A model generated the notes under the pieces. That model was not told the origin of the DNA. It saw only the letters and a list, made by a program, of their open reading frames with translations, and made no database searches. Shown here one piece after another: positions 1 through 14,000 of a stretch of DNA of 46,019 nt (position 1 is the first letter of the stretch; each line of letters starts with the position of its first letter). The DNA is from Catajapyx aquilonaris (lineage: Eukaryota). The position numbers were made by a program, and so were the translations under genes. The stretch is from the NCBI GenBank assembly GCA_000934665.2, contig KZ538017.1, positions 124,001 through 170,019 on the forward strand, given 5' to 3'.

Positions 1-2191
1 TGGCGGTCATGGCAACTACACGGCAAGAACACGCGCGAATCAAAGATGGCGGACCCTATTTTTGCCTGTACCCTATTTACACCTCGTTGGCGTTCCCCAC
101 ACTTCCAAATGGCAGCCCCAAACAGAGAGACGCGGAAATCGAATGTTTGCGCCTCTTATATGTAGTGTAGGCTCCCTGCCGCGGACATGTAACTTGATGC
201 AACAAGATTCTGAGGTCTTTGCCGTCTTATCGTTGGTCTGGGTTGAAAAATGTTGGCCGATAACTGGGTGGCTAACCGCATCCTAACTTATCCTGGGCAT
301 CAAGGGTTGGGAGAAAGTGTTTCCTGTCAAGGGCTTCGTGAGTTCGGTCTCTGCCATTACTCTCAGGGATTCATATAACACCCCCGAAAAACTCGTGCTT
401 GCTTTCTCACGCCACACCAGGCCAACACTAATGTCTAATTGCAATGTTAAGTAGACCCCCAGATTTTTGCTCTTTGTTTTCCTAAGCATTGTTCCTGCTC
501 CTATTTTCCCCAGTTAATTGTGTTTGCCCAACCGCCATTATATTCCCCAGAACTCTGAGATTTTCTCGGGAGTAAAACACTGGCAAAAGCTGGCTGGGGG
601 GGCCTAATGTCAAGAGGGTTTCGGTGTATTCTCCTCAGGCCGCAGCTTTTCTTCTGCCAACTCCCCAACTTTTATAGACATCTTTTCTTTTTTTGGTGCG
701 AATTTTCCTTCCAAAATGGCACTCAAACCCACAGAATCCTACAGGGCATCGTCCATACCAAAAGGACTGGGATTTCATCTTAAAAGTGTGCGCAGAAAGA
801 TGCTACTTTTTTAAATATTAGCGATAAATATTAGCCACTATCGCACCGAGCAAGAGTCGTTGTCTGGATTTTTTTTTTTTTTCGAAGCAAAAGTCTGGGA
901 GTTTCGGAGACACGGCGCTGACACCTTTAATTTGGCGAATGAATGACGTGCAAATACTCGTGCGTCGCTTGGAGACTTATCGCACTCTCGCAGTGCATCG
1001 CTAATTTTTGGCTCGCGAAAGCTTCCGATGTTTCCCCAGCCAGCCACAAGATTAATGGATGAATANTGTTGCTTGTCATAATTATTCCTGGCTCGCCGCA
1101 TTGTTGCGTTTTTGCGCACCGAGACGTTACTCTCATTGCACATTGGGGGCGAGAAACGTCACGTTTTCCAATAACCACGTCGAGCCTCCTCAAAATTTCT
1201 CTATAGTTTTCTACCCGATGGACCCCTGCACGTTGCAGTTGCCAATAAAACGAGGGGTACGTGTGGTTCCCTTCATCTGGCCACACTGTTTGACGTAGGG
1301 GCGCGAGTGCGGTCATTCCGCACGTACTGTACGTACAGGAAAGCGGCATGATTTAATTAGCGGCTAAGGGAGGGACAGGCAGCGGAATATCCAGCATCCA
1401 GGATGAAGCAAACAAAAGAAACCAAGCTTAATTAGTGGTGTTCATTAGCGTGGGTAGTTTAGAGTCACGCTCATTTAATCGCCACCCCCCCCAAAATCCT
1501 CCTGCATACAATGGACAATCCTCTCGTTTGGCACCACGTATTGGCCACATTTGTGTTTTCGGCGGTCACACACAGAGAAAAGCATTTCAGAGCTGATCTT
1601 ACTGTAATTAATCTGAAATGGAAAATAGGGAAACATCCCGTTCCTAATTAGCAAGCGAGCTATTCAGTCGTCCAATGAATGACAAAAATATGTGGGGGGA
1701 AAATCGAGTCTCATCCTGGAAGCCAGGCTGCCCGTTGCACGTGGGAGGCTGTTGGGTTGCTCTTCACAGCTAGGATAACATTCAATTATTAACATATCAA
1801 CCCACATTTTAATTAGCCCCGAATTCCAGAAAAATTCTTCAACTTTCTTGGGGGGGAATAATTATATGCTTCTTAAATGCTAAAGTCATGCGGAGGCCCC
1901 ATTTTTGAATGGCGTTTAACCTTGGCAGTGATTAGGGATGTTGACGCGAACTATAAGCGCAAAAAAAGCATGCAAATTTTTGCTGAAAGTTTTGATGGAG
2001 GTGCTGGAGGGAGGGCTGTCTTTAATAAGGCTCGTTCCAAAGACTTGCTTTGCATGCAATCAGCGACTTACATTTTTATTTTGGCAAGATGGAGGACTTA
2101 ACGACTGACCTTTTTTTGACCTTATTTTCAGCCCGTGTCCGAGTGAGTGATCATTGTTGAGGAGTGAGTGCACAGTGTTTTAAGTGTGGTC

Positions 2192-5100
2192 ATGAACCGT
2201 GTGGAGCTGGAGGCTGAGGAGAGGGCGTGGAATGGTGTGAACTGGAATGTGTCCGGAGTGGACTGGACGCCCACTAATGGGACGCTGTCCACCAGATTCG
2301 AAGAGGGCGAGTACCTGTTCGACCGGACGGACGTCAGGGCCATCTTCATCTCTCTCTACACAGTCGTCTTCTGCTGCTGCTTCTTTGGTGAGTACCACAA
2401 TCATCTTGATTTCCGTTGCTGGAATCCGCGTCAATCCGAGGCAGTGCAGGGGGCGACACTTTCATCCACAGCGGGACAGACGGATAGACGCACTCACCCT
2501 CTGCAGATTTACGACCCTTTCCTTGCGACTCTCTGTGCTGTACATACATCTCCCAGCCCCCGTCCATCTCTCGTCCCGTTCCAGTCGCTCACTCCAGACT
2601 TGGAAGTAATTCCAGGATTTATCCACTCGCAGAAAGGCCTCAGAAACTTGCAACTTCTTCAGTTCGTGTCTCACTAGACTTCCAGTTAAATATGCAATTA
2701 ATCCTTGCCTGCGATCCCTATAATATGCTCCATGCGTGCTGGAGAAGAAAAAAAATTTTTCATTACTGCAAACGGGGTCGGCACATTATTATTGGCCGCA
2801 TTGTGTCCTAGCTGGATTGAAGAGTCTGTGCAAATTTATTTTTGCGAGATGAGAGGGGCTCTCCCGGTATGTGTGTGTCGGAGTGAAGTGCAGGGCGAAT
2901 AATGTGCTGTTGGAAAAACCAGGCTCCCAAAGCGAGTCGAAAATTAATTTACCGCATGGTAACACTGCTCTTGCAACATTCCGAGCGTATTTTTCGCATG
3001 TTTTCTGCTGATGCACTTGCTTCTGACACGAATTTTGCACCTGGATTTATGAGAACATTGTAACTGACCGGTCTGATATCGACAGACTATTTTTGGCACA
3101 TCCGATGGTCTGTGAGAGTCTATCATTTGTCAGGATTCCCCAGAGAATGGGACCCCTTTTTCCAAATGGCTACTTTTCTCACTTGATATTCTGCCATTCC
3201 CCTTCTTGCCATCCTTCACCTGACATTCATTGCACCGATCCAACCCACAGCTGTTCCCATGCTGCGAGTCACCGATTTAAATTCCGAATTTTTTTTTATC
3301 TTGGACCAGTTCCGGGATATTTAGAGAGCTGGAGTCATTGAGAATCAAGCACCCACAGGGAAGAGACTTATCTTGAAATGGCGGTCATGCTTGATTCACC
3401 TCCTCTTTCTCTTATCTCCGGGCTGCTGGGGATGGACTTACTCGCTTCCATTTCCTCAAGACCAATCCAGCTGTCCCTCCAGGATCATGACGTCGGGTCT
3501 TCGTGGACAGAATCCCCAAAGTTTACAATCGGATTGTTCTGAATCGGAGGGTCAAGATCCTCTTCCGGGATATACCATCAGTGACCTTCTATACCAGGGG
3601 AAAGAAGCTGGAAAACTTTAAAGCCATGATCAGAGAGGGGGAGAAAAAAAAAGGCGGTGACACTGTTGGCGTTCATTATCATTAGTGCCTGTCCGGATGA
3701 GCTCTAGAGGACAGCGGAAATTATTAGCTGTCAACCCTGGGTCTGCTCCGGATTATTCGTCACTCCGGGGAAATGGGTCGAGTTTTTTTTTAAACGGGAT
3801 TAATTTCAACCCGGAATTAATATTGGGTATAAGGCACATTGCGTCCGAATCCTCGTTATCTGGGTAACGAGGCTTTCAAAGAAACCAACTGACACCTCCA
3901 TATAAAGTGATCCCCAGGAGTTGATCCAATAGTCGGGTTGGATCATTATAAAACACCCTCTGTAAAGTCGGTTGAAGGGGGGAAAAGGAAGGATATAAAT
4001 CGCTGGTTAATCGATCCCTCATTTTTCACCAAGTGACTTGCCAAGTCCATAGAGCCCTCTTCTCCTGCCACTTTTTTTTATTTGTATTTTTTTTTACAGA
4101 AGTGGAGGAGAAAAATGAGGCTGAGACACACGACCATGACCAGCTTAATTTTCTCCAGACTCATAAGGGTTGACACATTTTGCAGCTGCCATCCAAAATA
4201 TTTCATTTCAATTTCGACGACAATGATAAAATAATGGAGTCGCTAACTGAACCTTAATTGATTGCAAAAAATGTGGCGATTACAATGTCCTTTGAACCGA
4301 AAAAGTTTAGCAGAAATCTTTACGTCATACCAAAGGTGAGTTCTGACAAGTTGGAAACAGATCGCGAATTTTTTTTATGAAGTATTATTCCGGGACAGGT
4401 GGCGATACGTCACTGGCTTGTGCTGGCCTGATGATGGATTCGAGGAATCGGGAAACGTATATAAAAAAAGAAGGAAAAAGTACTACATCACCTCAGTTTT
4501 CTAAACTTTTCTCAATCATTCTTTTTTTGGGAGCTGCCTGCCTCCCTGTCATTGGGGGGGGCAAAACATATTATTATTTCAAACCCTGAAGTTTGCCATC
4601 ACCTTTTCACAGCCAGGCAATCAAAAAAATGCAGCCAACTTTTGTTCAACAAGTTAAGGCTGTCTTAAGTCAATATTTCATTCCGATTGCCTCCTGATTG
4701 GATTCATGGCAAAAAAAAAAGTGAGATTAGAAAAAGGCATCGCATTTTTGACACCAGAACATCTGTGCGGGGTTTTATCTACCTCTGATCTGATGATGCG
4801 GCTTGAAAAGACAGAGAGAGAGACCCCGAGGTTTAAAGGTCGTCTGAGGTGGCACCGCAGATGGCGCAGGGAATGTTGCCAAATGGATCAACTTTTTGGG
4901 AGGGGTGGTCCACCGGGGGGGCCAGAAACGGAATCAATAGTTTGATTTAATGCTAGTCCAGACGGTTATTACACAGCAAGTGTGCATTCTCCCGGACATA
5001 ATTTAACACACACGATAGCAATCCTCATTAGAGTCATTAATAGGGTATACTGTATGGAAGAAAAAAAGCATGGACAAGACTCCAACTGGTTTTATGATAA

Positions 5101-8100
5101 GGGGGTATAGTTTGAACAGTAATTTTTAATCGTGTTACGCAGCTATTTAATTTTTTAAATTGTGTAACCTGATTTCAACTGATCTCTGTGGAACTGCTGT
5201 ATAAATATTTGCTGCTCGTTTTCAACCGCGTCGCATATAATTACTTCAAGTACTTGCACAGCATCCCGGGAGCTGCCTTTGGTGTACCGAGCTTTACCTG
5301 ATAGACTATTGAATAGTAATGTGTGCGTGCCCGGACAAGTATAAGCGGCTTACGGCTTCCCAAAGATGATGAGCTTCCTCCAGAAAGTTTGGTCATTACC
5401 CGCTTACATAATTTTGCAAGTTACGCAACCTCGGGTCTTTATAAATCTAGGGCTATACCTACACAAGATCCTCTCGCTTTACTCTGTGGCATCTGAATAA
5501 AGGATGTTGAGTTTTCATTACGTTATTGTCGCGGGCCCGTGACGTAATTTCGCAGGCCCATTGTTGACGTGTGATTGTCAGTTGCATAATCCGACGGGGG
5601 AATTGATGCGATAATCCGAACACCTTTTTATATGAATGGTTGAATGACATTCTCGCGGGAATACCTGATTTTGATTGATCCATTGTTGGGATCAATCCAC
5701 TGTGTTTATATAATACTTTATGGAATTATGGGGGCGGGTGCTTAGGCGAAAGTGGTGTTGTTGTTAGGCCCGCAATTAAAATGCATGGGGCGTTAAATCC
5801 TTGTTTTTGTTTGCAAACCCTGCTGTATTGTTCGATTGTCCCCGTTTGCAAATTAATTACCGGAATTAACAGCTGCTTCTCCACATTTCTATGATGGGAC
5901 TAATTTTTGGTGATGTTTTCAGGCAACCTTTTGGTGATGCTGGTGGTGATGCTGCACTGGCGGATGCGATCCATCACCAACTTCTTTCTGGCCAACCTGG
6001 CCTTTGCAGACTTCTGCGTCGGAATATTCTGCGTCTATCAGAACCTCAGCATCTATCTAGCAACCAGGTATATGGACACAATACTTCTTTTTTATATACA
6101 AAATGTGTTGTCATCAAACCCCCTTATTCCCTCTTCGTCGACCGAGTCAGTCTTCATCACCCAGGACCTCCTTTCCTCCTCATTTATCCAGCAGCCTCCC
6201 AGGCGTCCATCTCCAGCCAGACAAATACATTGCATTTTCATTGCGATTTATGATTCTCAGCAGCATCCGAGCAATGACAAAACTCGGAGGAGGAATTTCC
6301 CAAGGGGCATACAACCACACGCCAAACAAGCCTTATTCCTCATTCCACGCCCATCATTTCATCACCAAGAGACGTGTATTCTCGAGTGTGTCGATTGATT
6401 GCCTGCCATTCGGCCGATAACTGATAAATAGCTTTCCTCCCAAAAATATTTCCACAATATTTTCTAGGGTCCTTTTTTGGGCAGATCAGGTGGTTGTGGG
6501 ACACAGCGTCCTTCTTGATGCGTGTAGTTTGAGCAGATGTAAAACTCTTGGCTCCAGGCATCAAACTGTGCCCGGTTGGGTCGTAAGCCAGCCCCCGATA
6601 TCACAGAGAGGGTCTACACAAAAGGGCGTTGAGATATCTCTTTTCGGCTCGTGAAGGGTCCTCCAGCTTCCTATATACCGATATGAGTTGGATTGAAAAG
6701 TGTTCCCATGGCTGTGGAAAAAAGGTAGGCTAGGCTGGCCCTGCTGGATTGATTTTCAAATCAGCTCTGGGGCAAAGATGGAGGAATGAAAATGGGCTGC
6801 TGCTGCTTCGAAAAAAGAGAAAAGAGAGAGAGATCCAAAAGTGGAAAAAAGTTGAAGCCAGATCCGTCCCTCCGAGCCTCTTTTTTTTTTAAAAAAAAAA
6901 AAAGAAATGGGAAAGAACGGGATTTGGTTGTGTAAAAAGAGGCACCAACTTACTTCGACTGCTAAAAAGTTTCCTATATTTTGTATACATAAAATATTTT
7001 AAATGTTTAAAATCGGGCAAACTCCTGTCGACAAAAGGGAGAAAGTGTGAGCTGCACATAAGTCACCTGCGGAGAATAATGAGCGTACCCTGCTGCATTG
7101 TACCTAGACTTGGATCGACTTCAAAGAGAAGCACACACCATTAATTTGCGTCTGAGTTGGATAAAACCATCCAATGGCCTTTTGAGGTCCTTTTGTGACC
7201 TTCGACCTTCCCTTATTCCGTCCCCGTCACGCGCCGTCACATCGGATCGGCCTGAAAAAGGTCGCACCGTGACAATTTGAGCCGCAACTATGCTCCAATT
7301 TCGTAGACGTCCCCTTTTGTTGTCACCATCACCTGTTGGCATCTTGCTTCATGTTTTTGGCATAAATGAACGCAAATATTTCATTAGATTGAACTGCACT
7401 GGGGAGTAATGAACTGGATGGTAATGCGTACACCCGGCCTGGATATAACGACCCTTAATGTGATATCGGATCCTTTTGAAAAGACATGTTTTTTCTCCGG
7501 CTACATTGAACACGCCCGGAAGCCGGAAAAGAGCCCGGATAAAGTGGGAGTCCTTACCTCAATTTGATTAGCCAGTTCATTAACTCGCATGCTTCTTAAT
7601 TTGCGTTTTGAGACGAATTACGGCGCAATTCATGCTTGGAGCCTGAAAATGTGCGAAAAATGTGTTTTTAAAATGTGTTATCAGTGGGAGGCGTCATCTG
7701 CTTGCACACTTCTTGTCACCATCCGGGTTCTCTGAATCGATATATAAACTCGAAATCCGGGAAGATATTGACACTGCAGGGTTATAAATGGCAGCCCTCG
7801 CCGACAACATAACTCTAAGGAAGCAAATATTTAAACGTCTCCAATTCATCGTGTTCCTTTTTTGATGTAGTTGCGCACAGCTGCAGGCCTTTGTTGTTCT
7901 CGCAAAAGTGACCGTTGTTATTTCTCAGCTGGGTCCTGGGCGAGTTCCTGTGCAAGGTGTACCACTTCATCCACCACCTGAGCTACACCGCTTCGGTGTT
8001 CATCCTGGTGGCCCTGTGCGTGGAGAGGTACCTGGCCATAATCCACCCGATGAGGTGCAAGCAGCTGCTGACCATGACCCGGCTGAAGGTGGTGATAGTC

Positions 8101-10332
8101 CTGGTGTGGTCCACCAGCGCCGTCTACTCGGCCCCTAGGCTCTACTGGTTCCAGACCATCAGGGTGTCCCTCTCCAACGGCACCAGCGAGGTCCTCTGCG
8201 TCCCGCTCAGGCTCAAGTACGACTCCAGGAGCTTCGACGTCGCCTCCTTCCTCCTCCTCTACCTCATCCCTCTGGCCGTCATCCTCGTCCTCTACTCCAG
8301 GATCGGGTTGGCTCTCTGGAGAAGCTCCAGGAGACCCACCACTTACAACCACCACCATCCGCATCAGTGCTTGAAGACGCCGTCGATGGAGAGCAGCAGC
8401 TTCAGCATGAAGGATTCCGCGTCGCCGTCCTCCTCCATCGACGGCAAGAAGAAGCGTCCGCTACGCCCTGCACTTCGAATAGTAAAGTACCGTCGGAGCA
8501 AGCGTCCGGCCAAAGACGCGTCTCTGGTGCTGGACGAGGACGCCGAAGACGAGGAGAGGACGAGACACCCGGAGACAGATCACGTGCTCATATCCACCCA
8601 ATCGCAGCAGCAGGACGACGGAGGCGACGACGAGCCCCGCCTCATCCACACCATCCTCCAGCAGAATTCGCTCAACGGAGGCGCCACCTCCGCTCCGGAC
8701 TCCCCGCAGCTCTGGGCCAATCACAGGGCCTCTTCCGCTCACTTCTCATGCAACGGAACTCACGCAACCACCAGGCCTCCATTCCTCCACAAGTTCGTAT
8801 CTTATTTGCAAGAACGCCGTATCTGGAAGGGCTCCGGAGAAAAACATGTTAACCGCCAAAGTTAACTGGTTGAAAATGAAAGAATCGATAAGTTTTAAAC
8901 GATCGAGCGGTGTATGAAGTTAGCGGAGCTGTAACTGGATTACTAGAGACTAACTCGAGTAACTCCATGGAATGTAATAGTCTTCAACTGTATATAGACC
9001 TGCACTGGAACCAATCTTATGAAACTCGATAGGTCTTCCTGTAAGAGGATAGCTAACAACGAGACTCAATTTAATCATTTGGGGGAGGCTATAAGTACAT
9101 TACATCTCGCCGATCAGTAGCACCTTCCGTTTCCAAACAAAATGGGCATAAAACTGGTACGGAAAAAAATGGAATGCTTCGACACAACATAGGTAATTTA
9201 ATTTAAGTTAGTCAGTGGGATAACTGTTCAAAACCAAGTCAGTAAACGCAGCAATATTATCGCAATGAGAACAAAACAATGGACAATATTGGACTTGTCT
9301 ATAGACGCTATAGTCTTCTGCTGTTATTGACCTCTAATGGCGATAATGAGCGATAATGTATCCATATTCACAGTGTAGCACACTGGTGGTATAGGTATCA
9401 CTCAGCAGTGGGCATGACTTGGGATAACTTTATTTTGATAATTTATTATTTTTTAAATTCAAATTTTCTGTCATTACTAACAGACTGAGGCGTATCTACA
9501 GTATAGATTCTAATAGAGAAGATCAAATTTTTTGTGTGCAAAGATGGTGCGACTTTCAGGAAAATAGGTAAAATATGCAAATTCCGTCCCCGAGTCACCC
9601 TGGCAAACTTTAACGATTTGAACTCCGTTTAATCATTTGGGGGCGGGCTGTAAGTACAATCATTATACCTCGCGGATCTATGTCACCGCTTCCATACAAA
9701 TGGGCATGAACTTGAAGTACTAAAGATTCAAGTTGCTTAATCGCAGCATCGGTAATTTTTGTGAGTAGCTTCCTTCAGTGCTAATCAGCGCTCGGTGATA
9801 ACTGTTCTAAAGAGCAAACAGCTCATTAACGCAGCAAGTTATCGGCATGAGAACAAAACGACGATAAGATGTCGACGATTGGACTTGTCTAGACGGCTGT
9901 TTATTGACCTCTAATTGCGATAATTGCAGGCACCTGAAGGTGAACCGATGCGGCTGCAAGTCCTCGACTGGTTGCAACAATAGCAGCAACAATGCCCTGG
10001 CCGCCCGTCGCCGGGTGATCCGGATGCTGGTGGCGGTGGTGGTGACCTTCGCGGTGTGCAACCTCCCTTACCACGCCCGCAAGATGTGGCAGCACTGGTC
10101 CCCCTCGTACGACGGGACCTCGGCCTTCTCCACCCTCCTGACCCCGGTGACCTTCCTGGTCATGTACTCCAACTCGGGCATCAACCCTGTCCTCTACGCC
10201 TTCATGTCCAGGAACTTCAGGAGGAGCATCCGCGACCTCCTCTGCTGCCGGATCACCAGGGCCAACTCGGCTTTTCACAGAGACTCATCCACAAGGGTCA
10301 CCACCAGGGTGCTCAGGTCAAGCGCCACCTGA
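2192..10332 (+). CDS. TrissinR: Trissin receptor-like class A neuropeptide GPCR (4 coding exons, ~535 aa)
   Basis: Exons 2192-2387, 5923-6067, 7929-8792 and 9930-10332 join in phase at GT-AG sites. The protein has IFISLYTVVFCCCFFGNLLV, RSITNFFLANLAFADFCVG, ERYLAIIHP, CNLPYHARKMWQHW and NSGINPVLYAFMSRNFR, matching the insect trissin receptor as I recall it. The exon-3 donor (AA|GTTCGT) is the least certain boundary. AATAAA at ~10513. Confidence 0.9.
9060..9929. repeat. Diverged direct duplication (~290 bp) in GPCR intron 3
   Basis: ~9062-9347 and ~9622-9929 share, in the same order, TTTAATCATTTGGGGG, AAATGGGCAT, GATAACTGTTC, ATGAGAACAAAAC, TTGGACTTGTCTA and TTATTGACCTCTAAT. Confidence 0.8.
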
Positions 10333-10335
10333 TCT

Positions 10336-10399
10336 GTGACGTCACAAGTCGCGGCCAATGCAAGAGACGTCATAAGTCGCTGACAGTGTGACGTCACAC
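10336..10399. promoter_or_regulatory. Cluster of CRE/ATF-like sites plus CCAAT box, just after the GPCR stop and upstream of ALT
   Basis: TGACGTCA at 10337-10344 and 10389-10396 (the second inside the palindrome GTGTGACGTCACAC), AGACGTCA at 10365-10372, and CCAAT between them. Confidence 0.4.
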
Positions 10400-11031
10400 G
10401 TCGCGCACTGTGAAATGGCTCGAGGGCAGCAAGTGATGAATATGGGTGATAACTGACAAGACAGTGTGCGTGGTTTATTTTGCATTGTTCCGTCAATCTG
10501 AAAAGATGTCTAAATAAAAAATGCCACATGTTGTGTATATACTGTAGCGTCCTTTTATTCCGGCCCATGCTCCATCTGTGGGCGTGGACGCCAACGACGC
10601 CTCCCGACGCCTCTCGACGACGACGACGTAACAGGTGCATATATAGTCTCGTCCCTTGCTCTCCTCCAACGCTCTCTGTGGAGTCCCCGTTCAACTCGGA
10701 GCAGCAGCTGCAAGCAACGAATGCTCGTTATTTATGAGCAGGAGTGTGAAGGTCTCGTTTTTGCACGCCCTTGAGCTCTCTGCTGCAGTAGAGTAGAGAG
10801 AGGAGCCGGGTGGCGTGGCCGAGCCGTACACGTCTCCTGCTGCCAATAATCGAATCCTCTATTATAGTGCAGCTTGAGCAGCAGAGGAGGCATCCGCACA
10901 GTGTTGAGGCAGTGTGCGAGTGTACGTGTGTGCCGGCCAGGACCGCGGGCGGACACAGGGGCGAGCACAGCCTACAGCCGTGGTGACATTTCCCCCCCCT
11001 CCTCCCAAGTAGTTAGAGCGAGTGTGTGGAG

Positions 11032-14000
11032 ATGTCGCTCCGTCGCGCTTTCCCCCTCCGAGCGGTGTCGCCATCTGGCCGAGGGATGGGAAGGACGTTG
11101 CTGCTGTTCGACCACCTGCGCCTCCTTCCGATGGCCGCCACCAGAGGCGCCTCATTCGACCGCCACCCTCCCATCCAGAAGTCACTCTTCCTGAGTCCCG
11201 GTCTTCCCGTCGTCTGCTGCAGCTCATCCCCGTCACGTTCCCTCAGGACTCCTTCCACCATGTCGTCGTCGCAGGTGGTCAGGAACCACAGCTCGAGTGA
11301 CCCCCACCAGGAGAAGGTCATCACCCTGGACAACATGAACCCCTGCCTGAAGGTCATGGAGTACGCCGTCAGGGGTCCGCTGGTGGTCAGGGCCCTTCAG
11401 ATTGAGAAGGAGCTGCAGCAGGTATTAAAAAACGTTCTAGAACACTGATGGGGAATAAACCGGGTCCACCTTGCACCAGACTGGAACCGGTCTTGGGTCA
11501 CACGGCGCCAGACTGAACTGGAACCAGTTTGGGTCTGTTCACATGGGCAACTGGACTGGGTCTGGAACCAGTTTGGGTCTGTTCACATGGGGAACTGGAC
11601 TGGGTCTGGAACCAGTTTGGGTCTGTTCACATGGGGAACTGGACTGGGTCTGGAACCAGTAGACCTGGTACCAGACTGGATCTGGAACCGGGCCTCTTTC
11701 GATTCACATGGGATCATATTGAACTGGATGTGGTCTGGAACCGGTCCACTTTCTGTTCACACATCTGGTCTGGAACCAGTTCGGGTCTGTTCACATAGGA
11801 ACTGGACTGGGTCTGGAGCAGGTCCACTTCCTGTTCACACATCTGGTCTGGAACTAGGTTGGGTCTATGTCCACACGGTAACCTGACTAGGTCTGGAACT
11901 GGTCCACTTTCTGTTCACATGTGACCAGATTGAACTGGATCGGGTCTGGAACCAGTTTGCGTATGTTCTCACAGTAACCGGACTGGGTCTGGAACCAGTA
12001 GACCTGGTACCAGACTGGATCTGGAACCAGTCCTCTTTCAGTTCACATAGGACCTGATTGAACTGGATGTGGTCTGGAACTGGTCCACTTTCTGTCCACA
12101 CGAGACAGGATGGAACAGGGCCTGGTCTGGAACCAGTGTGGGTCTGTTCACATAGGAACCAGACCTGGCCCACTTGTGCAGGGTTGTACGCAGCGCTGTG
12201 AAACTTGAAAGTAAACTGACAGTAACAAGGAGAAACAATATGTTGTACTGCTTGCCTATGGTAATGTAATATTCATCCTTTTCCATGCCATGAATATTTA
12301 CGGGTACGTTCAATTGTGTAAGCGCGGCTCAAGGTTGGGGGACGTGTATGGGGAAGACAAGACAAAGATTAATTGGTGTCGGTGGACCTTGAGGACTTGC
12401 GTCAGTTGGAGTCCAGCAATTTCCCTGTTGATGTGTTTTTTTTGCTGCGCGGTTGACATTCAGCTGCCTTTCACCTGATTGGGTTATCTAATATTGGATG
12501 GAAAAACATGTTCCGTCCGCTCCCTTTGATCTAGATGGCCTTGAACGTCTAACAGGTCAATACCAGGATATTTCTAGCATGTTCTGCCTACATGTCATAC
12601 TTGTTATCAGCGTGAATGCAATGCCACGTGTGCATTGTGATTCCGCTTGAAAATTGCTGCACAGATATCAGATGTTCTATTACGAGCATTGAACCAACAT
12701 GTTTACGTTCCTGAACATTCACTGTACGCATGGCTCATCTTGACCTATTTATTTGAAAGCTGCATTATTCATTATGTGTATCTTTGTGTGTAAAACCATG
12801 CAACATTCATTATACACATTATCCGTACTTGCAGGGCGTGAAGAAGCCTTTCAGCGAAGTGATTCGTGCCAACATTGGAGATGCGCACGCCATGGGACAA
12901 GTGCCGATCACCTTCATCCGACAGGTTCGTAGGTTACGTACTTCACACCAGGATTGTTCTTATGTCTGTACATTTTCCAGGTGCTGGCACTGGTCGCATA
13001 CCCTCAGCTGCTGGACAGTCCTTCATTTCCGGAGGACATCAAGTCGAGGGCCAGACACATCCTGGATGGCTGCAAGGGAAACAGCGCAGGGTCATACAGC
13101 GACTCGACTGGGATCGAGTGTATCCGCAAGCACGTGGCCAGCTACATCCAGGAGAGGGACGGTGGAGTTCCGTGCGACTATGAGAACATCGTCCTCTGCG
13201 CCGGTGCCTCTGAAGGAATACGTGTACGTTTCCCTGCTGTCGACATGTTTTGAGGTGTGTTTAATAACGGCGCTTACTTGCAGGCCTGCTTGAAGCTGTT
13301 CATCAGCATAAACGGGGAGAAGCATCCTGGAATAATGATCCCCATCCCGCAGTACCCACTGTATTCCGCCAGTATCGCGGAGTACAACATGGCTCAGGTC
13401 GGCTACTACCTGGACGAGTCACGCAACTGGGCGCTGGACAGCTCCGAGCTGAAACGCTCCATAACCGAAGCACGCAAGACCTGCCACCCACGAGCGATTG
13501 TGGTGATCAATCCGGGTAACCCCACGGGTCAGGTGCTGTCCCGCTCCAACATCGAGGACATTGTGCGGTTCGCTCAGGAGGAGAAGCTGTTCATCTTTGC
13601 GGACGAGGTGTACCAGCACAATGTGTACGGAGAGGGCTGCCAGTTCCATAGCTTCAAACGGGTCATGTCCGAGATGGGTCCGCCATACAGCAACATGGAG
13701 CTTGCATCGTTCATGTCCTGCTCCAAAGGTTACATGGGTGAATGCGGGTTACGAGGCGGGTATGCCGAGTTGGTTAACATGCATCCGGAGGTTAAGGCGA
13801 TGCTGTTCAAGTCAATCTCGGCCAAGTTGTGTCCGACAGTGTTGGGTCAAGCAGCGATGGATTGCGTCGTTAACACGCCGAAACCAGGCGAACCGTCACA
13901 CGCATTGTACGCAAAGGAACGTGAGATGGTCCTGCGTTCGCTGGCCGAACGAGCTAAGAGCGTCGCATCAGCATTCAACTCAATGCCTGGATTCAAATGC

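Noticed and set aside
1..2130. Short ORFs and a YY1-like AAGATGGCGG motif at ~43-52
   Set aside because: No recognisable protein or consistent exon chain. The motif may belong to a gene outside the window.
8320..9990. Very long, low-complexity third intracellular loop of the GPCR as a novelty
   Set aside because: Long, variable ICL3 regions are usual in this receptor group.
11460..12180. Tandem arrays (also 21515-21935 and 33312-33612) as CRISPR arrays or repetitive proteins
   Set aside because: No unique spacers, no cas genes and a eukaryotic context. The ORFs in several frames are by-products of stop-poor repeat units.
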